Below are positions 38,668 to 47,529 of a stretch of 64,000 nt of DNA, piece after piece. This DNA comes from an uncultured bacterium (lineage in GTDB: Bacteria > Cyanobacteriota > Vampirovibrionia > Gastranaerophilales > Gastranaerophilaceae): positions 17,442 to 81,441 of the forward strand of contig CASFXY010000006.1 of NCBI GenBank assembly GCA_949298805.1, written 5' to 3'. The translations under genes and the position numbers were made by a program. The notes below the pieces were generated by a model. It was given only the letters and a program-made list of their open reading frames with translations. It did no database searches and was not told the origin of the DNA. Every line of letters begins with the position of its first letter. The first letter of the stretch is position 1.

Positions 38668-39557
38668 GAAAAATAGACGCATCATACAGGATAATAAAAA
38701 TTTTTAAAATGTTATACGAAAAACCCTGTTCTATGACAGAGATAATCGATGCTTTATATTTTGAGGATATCATTATTAACAAAGAAACATTGGTTAAATA
38801 TTTTAAGACAATAAGACATTCAGGCTGCGTATTAAAAAAGAAAAACGGCAAGTTTTCAATTGAGAGTATACCTTTTACGCTTGAATTATCAAACAGGGAC
38901 TGTGAATATTTAGCGGTATTCATCAATCTTGGCATAGGTTTATATGGAGATAATCTGCAAAGTGATTTAAAATCTGCAATAAGCAAAATATTATCATTGG
39001 CGGATAAAAGTGTTTCGTTAAAATACGAAACACATTTTAATGAAACTAAAAATACAGTGCCTGAACCATTTATATTTAAAGAAAAGATTTCAAGACTTTT
39101 AAAATACGGTTATGATAATTCAAAAATAAGAATTTTATATAACGGAGAAAAACTTTTAATATCACATATTTCGTTTAAATACTATGATAATTCAGTTTAT
39201 GTGCATGCATTTAATGAAGCATCAAAAAGCTACGAACTTTATTTGTTGAGCGGTATTAAGGAAATAACTTCCACCCCGAATATTTCTTCCCAAGCAGCAT
39301 TTGCACCTTATACGGTTTTTGAGCTGCGTGGAAGATTAATGAAAACTTATACGCTTTATGAAGGTGAAAGAGTTATTAAAATAAAAGAAGATTCTATTGT
39401 TATTTCAAATAATTATGAAGACAAAAACAGACTTTATAAAAGACTCATACGTTATGGCACTTTATGTAAAATAATCTCCACTCAAGACGACATAGATAAT
39501 TTTAAACTTATGCTCTCTAAAATGAAAAATAACCTTTTGAATAATGCAATCAGTTAA
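38664..39557 (+). CDS. Putative transcriptional regulator, wHTH plus WYL-like domain (paralog 2)
   Basis: YRIIKIFKMLYEKPCSMTEIIDAL forms the HTH-like part. KIRILYNGEKLLISHISFKYYDNSVYVHAFNEASKSYELYLLSGIKEI is WYL-like. The TTG start overlaps the upstream stop by 4 nt. Confidence 0.45.
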   Translation: MRKIDASYRIIKIFKMLYEKPCSMTEIIDALYFEDIIINKETLVKYFKTIRHSGCVLKKKNGKFSIESIPFTLELSNRDCEYLAVFINLGIGLYGDNLQSDLKSAISKILSLADKSVSLKYETHFNETKNTVPEPFIFKEKISRLLKYGYDNSKIRILYNGEKLLISHISFKYYDNSVYVHAFNEASKSYELYLLSGIKEITSTPNISSQAAFAPYTVFELRGRLMKTYTLYEGERVIKIKEDSIVISNNYEDKNRLYKRLIRYGTLCKIISTQDDIDNFKLMLSKMKNNLLNNAIS

Positions 39558-40278
39558 TGCCTTGTCTTTCGTAGCTTAATATAATATTTCTTATCTCGTA
39601 ATCATCAGGTTTTGTGCTATATGCATATCTGTAATATTCAAGAGCCAGTCCTTTTTTATTTGTACTTTCAAGTATTTTTGCTATGTTGTAATAAGCATCG
39701 GTACAACATGGGTCTATGTTTATAGCCAATGTGTATTCAAAAACACTTTCTTTAAAATTGCCGCTCAATCTTAATATATCTGCTTTTAAGAAATGTCCTT
39801 CAACGCTCAACGGGTTTTCTTTAAGTGCTAAATCAATGTTTTCAAGGGCGTCTTTGTATTTTTGTTTATTTTTGTAATTTAAGGCTTTTGAGAAAAGTTC
39901 ATCAAACCCCGGGGCAATTTTTGCAGCTGCAACAATAGTTTCTGATTCTAAAGATAAATTGTATTCTGTTGGTATTTTTTGATAGTTTGCTGCTTTCTTG
40001 ATATTCTTTTTAATTGTGTATATATTATCAACGGATAACATATTTATGGGCCTAAAGTCTTTAAAGTATGCAATATTTACTTCTTCATTAGTTATTTCCG
40101 GCAGATTTTTTGTGCTGTAATAACTTTCTTGAGGAATTTGATTATTAACATCAAGATAAAATTCGTAAACTATCCCTGCGTTAATTTTTTCCGTACAAAA
40201 TGCAGGATTAATGCCAAAGAATATGGTCATTAAAAAAAGAAAAATAAATAAATGATTTTTTTTAATTAAATCAGTCAT
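39550..40278 (-). CDS. Exported TPR repeat protein, last gene of the cheA operon
   Basis: Signal/TM segment (HLFIFLFLMTIFFGINPAFC) and TPR units (ALENIDLALKENPLSVEGHF, SVFEYTLAINIDPCCTDAYYNIA, ALEYYRYAYSTKPDD). The ATG at 40278 overlaps the HD gene's stop (ATGACTGA). The ORF track extends the call to 40314. Confidence 0.7.
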   Translation of the reverse strand: MTDLIKKNHLFIFLFLMTIFFGINPAFCTEKINAGIVYEFYLDVNNQIPQESYYSTKNLPEITNEEVNIAYFKDFRPINMLSVDNIYTIKKNIKKAANYQKIPTEYNLSLESETIVAAAKIAPGFDELFSKALNYKNKQKYKDALENIDLALKENPLSVEGHFLKADILRLSGNFKESVFEYTLAINIDPCCTDAYYNIAKILESTNKKGLALEYYRYAYSTKPDDYEIRNIILSYERQGIN

Positions 40279-40879
40279 TTTTAAGAGATATTTTTGTTTT
40301 AAATACTTCCTCAAAAAGAGCCTTTTTTTTATTAAAAACCCTTTTAATTCCCCTGTTAAATATTATATTTACCTGCGGATTTAAAGTCAAAGCACATTTG
40401 TTAAAATCATACGTCAGTAGGATATTTTGGGCATTTTGTAAATGATTGCAATCAAGAGAATCTGCAAGTCTTATGATAGAAGAAATAACTCTTACAATGT
40501 TTCTGTTTTTTTCATTAAGGGTGCTAAACATTCTGTGTTTATTTTCTTTGGGTTTAGAGCCTCTGTGATACCTTACGCAAAGAGCGATTATTTTTGTTTG
40601 TAAATCTTCCAAATTGTCAATTTTATTTTCTAAAATAAGTTTTGCGCCGACTTTATTATGCGGTTTTAATAAAGAAATGCTAAAAACTGCACCTATGTCG
40701 TGCAAAAGTGCGCTGTATGAGATTAATTTTTGATGATTTTCAAAATCAAGTAAAGGATTATCGGGGAATATTTTTTTTAATTCAAAATACAGTTTAAGGC
40801 TGACTGTTTGGACGTATCTTGCATGAGCTAAATCTTTTTTTGAGGTAAGATAATTTTTTATATATTCCTCAATTTTCAT
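40271..40879 (-). CDS. Stand-alone HD-domain protein resembling the C-terminal HD region of Ppx/GppA
   Basis: LAHARYV, SALLHDIG, CVRYHRGSKP, IIRLADSLD. Its ATG overlaps the cheA stop (ATGA). Confidence 0.65.
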   Translation of the reverse strand: MKIEEYIKNYLTSKKDLAHARYVQTVSLKLYFELKKIFPDNPLLDFENHQKLISYSALLHDIGAVFSISLLKPHNKVGAKLILENKIDNLEDLQTKIIALCVRYHRGSKPKENKHRMFSTLNEKNRNIVRVISSIIRLADSLDCNHLQNAQNILLTYDFNKCALTLNPQVNIIFNRGIKRVFNKKKALFEEVFKTKISLKND

Positions 40880-43800
40880 AAATCAGCCTTTTTTAAAAAA
40901 CTGTCAACATTTTTAATAAAACTTTCTTGTTCAAAGCGGTCTTTTTGTATATATAATTGCGCACCTGCATCTTTAAAGAGCTTGCCCCATTTTGATTCCG
41001 GCATTGATGTGAGTACTATTATCGCTATATTTGCCCAAGCGGTTTCTTTCCTTATTTCTTTTACAAATTCAAGACCACTCATTTGAGGCATTTCATTGTC
41101 TGTAATTATCAGGTCAAATTTCTCTTTATGCATTTTGATAAGTGCATCAGGTGCATTTGTTGCTATTTGAACTCTGTAACCGTAACTTTGCAGAATATTT
41201 TTTTGTAATGTTCTTGTGGTTAGCGAATCATCGACAACAAGAATTTTATGAGAATAGTTCTCTTTCATTTTAATTGTTTTGTTTGTGGCAATAATTTTTG
41301 TGCTTATTTTTTTAGGGAGAGTTGTGCCGAATATATCTCCGACATTTAATATCAAACATATTTCACCGTTTGCAAGGGTTGTAATTCCTGAAATATTTTT
41401 TACTTTAAACAGTGGTGCTTCGAGTTTTTTATGCAGTACCTCCTGATCATAAAGCAATTTTTCTACAATTATTCCAATTGCAGAGCTTTCGGATTTTACT
41501 ATCATTAAAGTGTACTTGTTTGCTTTTCGAGGTTTATTTTCAAGTTCAAGGATTTGCGAGAGCGTATATATGGGTATTACATCATCATCATGTACATAAT
41601 AGTTTTTCCCATCACGTTCAAATACATCTCCGGTATCTATTCTTAAAACCGTTTTAATTGATGATGTAGGAATTGCATATAATTGATTTTGTTCCGACAC
41701 TATAAAAGTTTTTACGGTAGCCATTGTTGCCGGAAGTTCAATTTTTACCATTGTGCCTTTTTTAAACTCGCTGAAAATATCAACTCTGCCATTTAGTTGA
41801 GATATTTTAGTATGAACAATATCTAATCCAAGCCCTCTGCCTGAAAGTTCAGTTACAGAATCTCCGGTTGTAAAGCCGGGGTAGAAAATAAGGTTAACCA
41901 GATGTTCTTCATCTATGTTATCCAGTTCATCTTGCGTTAAAAGCCCTTTCTCAAGTGCCTTTTGTTTTATTTTTTCAACGTCCAATCCTCGTCCGTCATC
42001 AGCTACATTGATTATTATTTTATTTTCAAGATGCTTTGCACTTATTGTTATTCTGCCTACAGGGTTTTTACCCCCCTCTTTTCTTTCTTGCGGAAGTTCT
42101 ATGCCATGGTCTATAGAGTTTCTTAAAATATGTATTAAGGGTATTTTAATTTCTTCAATAATTTTTTTATCTGCCGCTACATCCGCACCTTCGGTTATAA
42201 ATTCTATTTGTTTACCTTTGTCCTTTGCAATATTATGTACCATACGCGGAAAAAGATGGAAAATAGTGGATAGTGGTAAAATACGCATGTTTTTTACCAT
42301 ACCTTCAATTTCTGTTGTGGCTGTGTTTAATTTTGTATCATTTTCCTGCATTTGTTTAAACAGGTTTGATGTTTCTTTTATCAGATTTACCATTTTTTCG
42401 GCATGATAATTTTGCAGAATCATAAGCTGCTTGTTAAATGCCGAAATTGCTCTTGGGTCAGGCATTACACCAAGATTAGAATTGGCGAGATACTTCCTGT
42501 CAAAATATTTAATATAATACCCCATTTTGTTGAAACTTTTTTGCCATTCAAGCAGTTCATTTTGAATGTTTTTTGCAACACTGAGATGTTCATTTGTTTT
42601 AATTCTTGTGATAATCAGGTCACCTATTTGATTTACAAGTTTGTCTAATTTAAAAGAATCAACCCTCAAGGTTTTTATATCACTTGTGTCAATTGTACTT
42701 ATCCAATCCTGAGTACTTTTTTCGGTTTTTGGTAAGTTTTTTTGGGGCTTTGGTTTGCTTATGTTGAGTTTGCTCATTTGTTCAACTATGGTAATTTTTT
42801 GAACAAGCAGCTCAATTTCAAATTTTCTTTCTTCAGGCTTTATATTGTCAGGCTCAAATATCTTTCTTGTGTTTTCACAAACTTCTTTTATTGCTTCAAG
42901 TGTGTCATTTTCAAGGTTTTTCGAACTTGTTTCGTATAAATTTAAAATATTTAAAACCGTTTCGAAAATCTTTTTTATTTCTATATTTTTTACTTTAGTT
43001 AAGACTTGTGCCAAAAGACCTTTTATGTCAGGTAAAAACTCCAGATTTATTTCAAGCAGACTGAGTTTTTCATAAATTCTGTCAATTAAATCCGCAATTA
43101 TTTTTTTGTCTTCTTTTTTGTTTTCTTTTATTTTGTTTTCATCGCTGCTGAGCAAGAGTTCATTTGCAATGTTAAAATAATTTTGTGTATTAACTCCTTT
43201 TTCTTTGCAATAGTTACTGAAATATTCTTCTATTGAGTCAATTTTGGAGTTTAATTCCAAAATTTGATTTTCATCAATTTTTAATGGATTGACAGATGAA
43301 ATAAATCTTCCGGTGTTTGTTATTAATTCTTCAAGAGGTTTTATTCCGAGTTCTCTTATTAGTATATTTAATTCTGCAAGCGGAGTTTTTATTATGTTAA
43401 TTTCGGAGAAATTATTTTCTTGTCTTGCAGATGAAAATATGTATATTATTTGAACTATAAGTTCTTCAATTTTGTTTAATCTCGAGAGGAGTTTTTTGAC
43501 ATCTTCGCTGTAGTTGTATATTTTTTTTTCTTGTTTTTCCGTATTTGTTTCACCGGAGGAGATTTTATTAAGTTTTTCAATAAAATCATTTGTTTGAGAT
43601 GTTTTATATTCCTCTTTTTGTTCAACGGTTTTGTTTATAAGTAATTGGATGTGTTCCAATGCCTCGGATATTGTATCGGTAATCTCGCCTGAAGATTGAA
43701 TTTTGCCGTCTTTTATAAGTCCTAATACATCTTCTATTTTGTGTGCAACACTTTGTATTCCTCCAAAACCTAACATTCTGGCGGAACCCTTAAGACTGTG

Positions 43801-43950
43801 TGCATCTCGTGCCAACTGGATAACAATATCAAGATTTTGCGGGTCTTTTTCAAGCGCAAAAAGTTCTTTATCCATAGATTGCAGGATTTCCCCGCCTTCT
43901 TGTTGAAAAATATTTAATATTTCATCCAGTTCATCATCTAAAAAATCCAT
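40876..43950 (-). CDS. cheA: Hybrid chemotaxis histidine kinase CheA (Hpt, long linker, dimerisation, HATPase, CheW, REC)
   Basis: Hpt DAHSLKGSARMLGF, N-box HILRNSIDHGIE, G1 DDGRGLD, F LIFYPGFTT, G2 GRGLGLDIV. A CheW-like segment follows, then a C-terminal REC (LVVDDSLTTR, IITDNEMPQMSG, YIQKD). Confidence 0.92.
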   Translation of the reverse strand: MDFLDDELDEILNIFQQEGGEILQSMDKELFALEKDPQNLDIVIQLARDAHSLKGSARMLGFGGIQSVAHKIEDVLGLIKDGKIQSSGEITDTISEALEHIQLLINKTVEQKEEYKTSQTNDFIEKLNKISSGETNTEKQEKKIYNYSEDVKKLLSRLNKIEELIVQIIYIFSSARQENNFSEINIIKTPLAELNILIRELGIKPLEELITNTGRFISSVNPLKIDENQILELNSKIDSIEEYFSNYCKEKGVNTQNYFNIANELLLSSDENKIKENKKEDKKIIADLIDRIYEKLSLLEINLEFLPDIKGLLAQVLTKVKNIEIKKIFETVLNILNLYETSSKNLENDTLEAIKEVCENTRKIFEPDNIKPEERKFEIELLVQKITIVEQMSKLNISKPKPQKNLPKTEKSTQDWISTIDTSDIKTLRVDSFKLDKLVNQIGDLIITRIKTNEHLSVAKNIQNELLEWQKSFNKMGYYIKYFDRKYLANSNLGVMPDPRAISAFNKQLMILQNYHAEKMVNLIKETSNLFKQMQENDTKLNTATTEIEGMVKNMRILPLSTIFHLFPRMVHNIAKDKGKQIEFITEGADVAADKKIIEEIKIPLIHILRNSIDHGIELPQERKEGGKNPVGRITISAKHLENKIIINVADDGRGLDVEKIKQKALEKGLLTQDELDNIDEEHLVNLIFYPGFTTGDSVTELSGRGLGLDIVHTKISQLNGRVDIFSEFKKGTMVKIELPATMATVKTFIVSEQNQLYAIPTSSIKTVLRIDTGDVFERDGKNYYVHDDDVIPIYTLSQILELENKPRKANKYTLMIVKSESSAIGIIVEKLLYDQEVLHKKLEAPLFKVKNISGITTLANGEICLILNVGDIFGTTLPKKISTKIIATNKTIKMKENYSHKILVVDDSLTTRTLQKNILQSYGYRVQIATNAPDALIKMHKEKFDLIITDNEMPQMSGLEFVKEIRKETAWANIAIIVLTSMPESKWGKLFKDAGAQLYIQKDRFEQESFIKNVDSFLKKADL

Positions 43951-43962
43951 ATAAGACGTCCG

Positions 43963-45015
43963 CTATTCCTCGCTTATATTTGATTTAAAAGTTTTTGAAA
44001 GACTTTGTAAATTTTCAATGTTTTGGAAATTTTCTTCAGTTGCTTTGTAATTGTTTTCAAGCATAGAATTTATATCTCCAACCGCATTTTCGGTTGTTGA
44101 AGTGTCATTTGATATTTTTTTGGATGAACCTGTCATATCGTTTATACCTTGAGATATTTCGTTCATAAGCAATATCAATTGTTCAATGTTTGAACCTATG
44201 CTGTGTGCAAGTTCTATTCCTGATTCAACTTCTTTTGTACCTTCTTCGGTAGCAAGTACCGTTGAATTAGCGGTTTGTTGAATATTTGTAATGAGCGATG
44301 TAATTTTTGTAGTTGCTTGTTTGGATTCATCGGCAAGTTTTCTGATTTCGCCTGCAACTATTGCAAAGCCTTTGCCATGTTCTCCTGCGCGGGCGGCTTC
44401 AACTGCAGCATTAAGCGCAAGGAGGTTTGTTTGTTCGGCTATATCCTCAACGAGTCCTATGGTTGCTGAAATTGATTGTATAAAATCGGATAATTCAAGT
44501 ATTAATTCTGCAATTGTTTGAATTTTATGTCTTATAGTGAACATTTTTTCAATATTTGCCTTGACGGCATCATATTCGGTATTTGTGTAATTAAGTGAAT
44601 CAATAGCTTTTTGTTTTGTGTTTGTTATTATTTCGCTCAAATCAGAACTTTGGTTTTTAAGGTTTTCAATTAAAAGTTTAATGTTTGAAAGTTTTGCAAA
44701 AGTAAGATTTATATTTTCTTTTTGAACAGAGGTTGCACCTTCTAATTTTTTTGTATCATCAAGAGTATTTTCAAGAAGTTTGTTTATTGCATTTGTTATA
44801 TTTTTTTTGTACTGCTTTTTTGTTGCTTCAAAAATTACAACGGTTAAACAGAATAAAAGCACTAAAACACCTGCTGTTATTGCTTTTGATAAGTTTGTAA
44901 ATTCTATAACCGCAAAAACAAAAACAAAAATCAGTAGAATTGTTATTAAATCGACGGTTTGTTTTTTTGATAAGAAATCGTTTATACCGTTCTTTTGTTT
45001 GATTTGTTTAGACAT
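43963..45015 (-). CDS. Methyl-accepting chemotaxis protein with a minimal membrane hairpin and no obvious sensor domain
   Basis: Two closely spaced TM helices followed by the signalling hairpin ([38 protein letters not shown]). Confidence 0.9.
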   Translation of the reverse strand: MSKQIKQKNGINDFLSKKQTVDLITILLIFVFVFAVIEFTNLSKAITAGVLVLLFCLTVVIFEATKKQYKKNITNAINKLLENTLDDTKKLEGATSVQKENINLTFAKLSNIKLLIENLKNQSSDLSEIITNTKQKAIDSLNYTNTEYDAVKANIEKMFTIRHKIQTIAELILELSDFIQSISATIGLVEDIAEQTNLLALNAAVEAARAGEHGKGFAIVAGEIRKLADESKQATTKITSLITNIQQTANSTVLATEEGTKEVESGIELAHSIGSNIEQLILLMNEISQGINDMTGSSKKISNDTSTTENAVGDINSMLENNYKATEENFQNIENLQSLSKTFKSNISEE

Positions 45016-45040
45016 AAATCCCCTTTTTTTAAAAAATAAT

Positions 45041-45055
45041 GTATAATTTTTATAC
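45041..45055. promoter_or_regulatory. Palindrome GTATAA-TTT-TTATAC, containing a TATAAT box, in the 67-bp divergent che intergenic region
   Basis: Read directly. TATAAT at 45042-45047 lies 35 nt upstream of the ATG at 45083. This is a possible operator or promoter. Confidence 0.25.
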
Positions 45056-45082
45056 GTCCAATTATATAAGATATTTTAGTTT

Positions 45083-46483
45083 ATGGCAAAAAAAGTACTT
45101 ATTATAGATGATAGCACTGAAGATGTAAAAGCGGTTTTTAATATTTTCAAAGAGTCAGGTGTAAATATTTTACACTCCAGTGATGCATTTTCGGCATTAA
45201 ATTTGATATATAAAGAAGTTCCGGATTTAGTAATTCTTGATATTTTAATGCCTGATTTGGGTGGTTATGAGCTTTGCAGAATGATTAAGTCGGATGAATA
45301 TGCAAAAGAAATCCCAATTGTTATGTATTCAAGACTCGATAAGAATATTGATAAATTTTGGGCGTATCGTTCCGGCGCAAATGCATTTGTTAATAAAGGA
45401 GAGCTTACCTCAGAGCTTTTAAATGTTTGTCTTGAAACAATTAAAAATACCCCTGTTTCCCTAGAAACAAAGGGAAAACTTTTGAATGCCAAACAAAGAT
45501 ACGGTATAGCAGAAAACACGAAAATTTTAACAAAAGAGGATTTGATAAAAGATTTTAATTCCATAAGGGAAACGGATACCGATGGTGATATTTTAGCAAT
45601 TAAAATATTCGGTATAATTTATCGTTATTTTAAATATGATTGTGCGATGATATGCTTTGCGGATAATGATGATAACAATCAATTATTTTGTGATAACGGA
45701 CATTTTTCAATAAAAGATAGTGTTTTTGACGATATTGAACGAAAATCGATAATTAAAAATATCAAAACAAATGTTATATTGCAGAAAGAAAAAAAAGGAG
45801 AAATTTCAAGCTTTGACGATTTTTGTGTAAAGTATGAATATGAAATGAATGTTGATTCAAAGGCAATAGGGTGTTTGTATCTTTATGCAAAAGAAAATCT
45901 GAATTCCCAAGAGCTTAAACTCGCAGGAACAATAAAAGACCTTGTTGAGCACATAATGCGTTTAAGGCATTTTAAATTATATAAGAATGAGAAAAATTCA
46001 AAGAATGCCAATCCAAGGAAACTATATACCCAGCTTGATTTTGATAGAATATTGAGCTATGAATGTTCGTGGCACAAAAGGAATAATGCGCCATTGTGCC
46101 TTGCTTTTATAGAGGTAGAATCTCTGGAAAATATAGAAAGTAAATATGGAAATTACTATGGCGATTTATTGCTTGCAAAAATTTCAAATTTTTTGAGCGG
46201 TTGTCTTTCTGACGGAGATTTTGTATATAGAAATGATGATAATATTTTCACAATACTTATGACAAATTCCGATAAAGACAATGCAACAAAAAAACTTGAA
46301 AATATAATCGTTAAAATAAAAGATCCGAATAATGCGCTTATTGAGGATGGGGAAGAAATAAATTTGAAAGCCGGTGCTCTAATGCTTGATGAGAGTTATA
46401 AAAATCATTATGAATATATAGATGCGATTTATGATGTATTAGATATGGCACGTCATTCAAAAAATGACATTGTAATTAAATAG
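45083..46483 (+). CDS. Response regulator with REC, an unknown middle domain and a degenerate GGDEF domain
   Basis: REC motifs LIIDDSTED, ILDILMPDLGG and AFVNKG. The GGDEF-fold C-terminus reads YRNDDNIFTIL in place of RxGGDEF, and no RxxD I-site is present. Confidence 0.8.
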   Translation: MAKKVLIIDDSTEDVKAVFNIFKESGVNILHSSDAFSALNLIYKEVPDLVILDILMPDLGGYELCRMIKSDEYAKEIPIVMYSRLDKNIDKFWAYRSGANAFVNKGELTSELLNVCLETIKNTPVSLETKGKLLNAKQRYGIAENTKILTKEDLIKDFNSIRETDTDGDILAIKIFGIIYRYFKYDCAMICFADNDDNNQLFCDNGHFSIKDSVFDDIERKSIIKNIKTNVILQKEKKGEISSFDDFCVKYEYEMNVDSKAIGCLYLYAKENLNSQELKLAGTIKDLVEHIMRLRHFKLYKNEKNSKNANPRKLYTQLDFDRILSYECSWHKRNNAPLCLAFIEVESLENIESKYGNYYGDLLLAKISNFLSGCLSDGDFVYRNDDNIFTILMTNSDKDNATKKLENIIVKIKDPNNALIEDGEEINLKAGALMLDESYKNHYEYIDAIYDVLDMARHSKNDIVIK

Positions 46484-46494
46484 GAATTGAATTT

Positions 46495-47529
46495 ATGGAA
46501 AATGAAATTATAGAGGTTGAGCAGATACAAGGTATAGTGCCTGAACATCCCGAGAAGATATATGCAATTACAAATATAGGCGAAGAAAATTATGCCATTA
46601 ACGCAGCTAATGTACTGGAGATAGTTAAATTTATTGAACTTTCTCGTCCGGAAAAACTTCCTTCCCATATTGCGGGACTTTTTGAATACGACGGCAAGAT
46701 TATAAACGTTGTTGATATTAAATCTGTTTTAAATATAGAGCCTACCCCTTATGATATAAATTCTTTAATTGTCATAATAAAGTCAAATGAAAATATTTTT
46801 GCCTTGATGGTTAATAAGGTTATAGATGTAAGAAGGGTTGGAAGCAATAGTATTCAACCTGTTCCTTATCATACCGTTAATAATTTTATACAATATATAT
46901 ATGAATATAATGATATTCAATGCAATGTTTTAAATCTTGAATCCATAAGTAATTGGATAAAAAACCATCCCGATGATACAAGTGATTCCGCAGGCTTTGA
47001 GCTTATCCCCAATGATATGGAGTCACTTGCTGTTTTGCATGAAAGAAAACTTGAATACATTGAAAAAACAAGCAAAAATCCTTATGCAATAATTAGCGAT
47101 AAAGATGAATTTGTTTCTTTTTATGTCGGTGAAAATAAATATTGTATAAAGATGAACGATATTAAGGGCTTTTACAAGTTGCAGGAAATTAAAATGACAA
47201 AAGTGCCCTGTACTCCAGATTTTATTTTAGGGCTTGTTAATATAAAAGGTGATTTTATTTGTGTTGTAGACATAAAAAATTATTTTCATTCTCAAAGAGC
47301 CCCTTACAGCGGTTCCGGAACGATAATTGTGTTGAATTCCGATGAATTTAAAATAGGTATATTGGCTGATGCGATAAGTGACAATATTCAAATAAAACCT
47401 GATGAGATAGCCGTTTTAAAAAAACAAGAAAGTAAAAATGAACTTATACAATATGTAAAAGACGGCGAAATTTATCTTATGATTAACGTTCCTGAGATGC
47501 TTTTGAATGATAAGTTATTTATTAAGTAA
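46495..47529 (+). CDS. cheW: Tandem double-CheW-domain coupling protein
   Basis: Two CheW-like units (YAINAANVLEIVKF...IAGLFEYDGKIINVVDIKSVL, and YCIKMNDIKGFYKL...ILGLVNIKGDFICVVDIKNYF). Confidence 0.85.
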   Translation: MENEIIEVEQIQGIVPEHPEKIYAITNIGEENYAINAANVLEIVKFIELSRPEKLPSHIAGLFEYDGKIINVVDIKSVLNIEPTPYDINSLIVIIKSNENIFALMVNKVIDVRRVGSNSIQPVPYHTVNNFIQYIYEYNDIQCNVLNLESISNWIKNHPDDTSDSAGFELIPNDMESLAVLHERKLEYIEKTSKNPYAIISDKDEFVSFYVGENKYCIKMNDIKGFYKLQEIKMTKVPCTPDFILGLVNIKGDFICVVDIKNYFHSQRAPYSGSGTIIVLNSDEFKIGILADAISDNIQIKPDEIAVLKKQESKNELIQYVKDGEIYLMINVPEMLLNDKLFIK

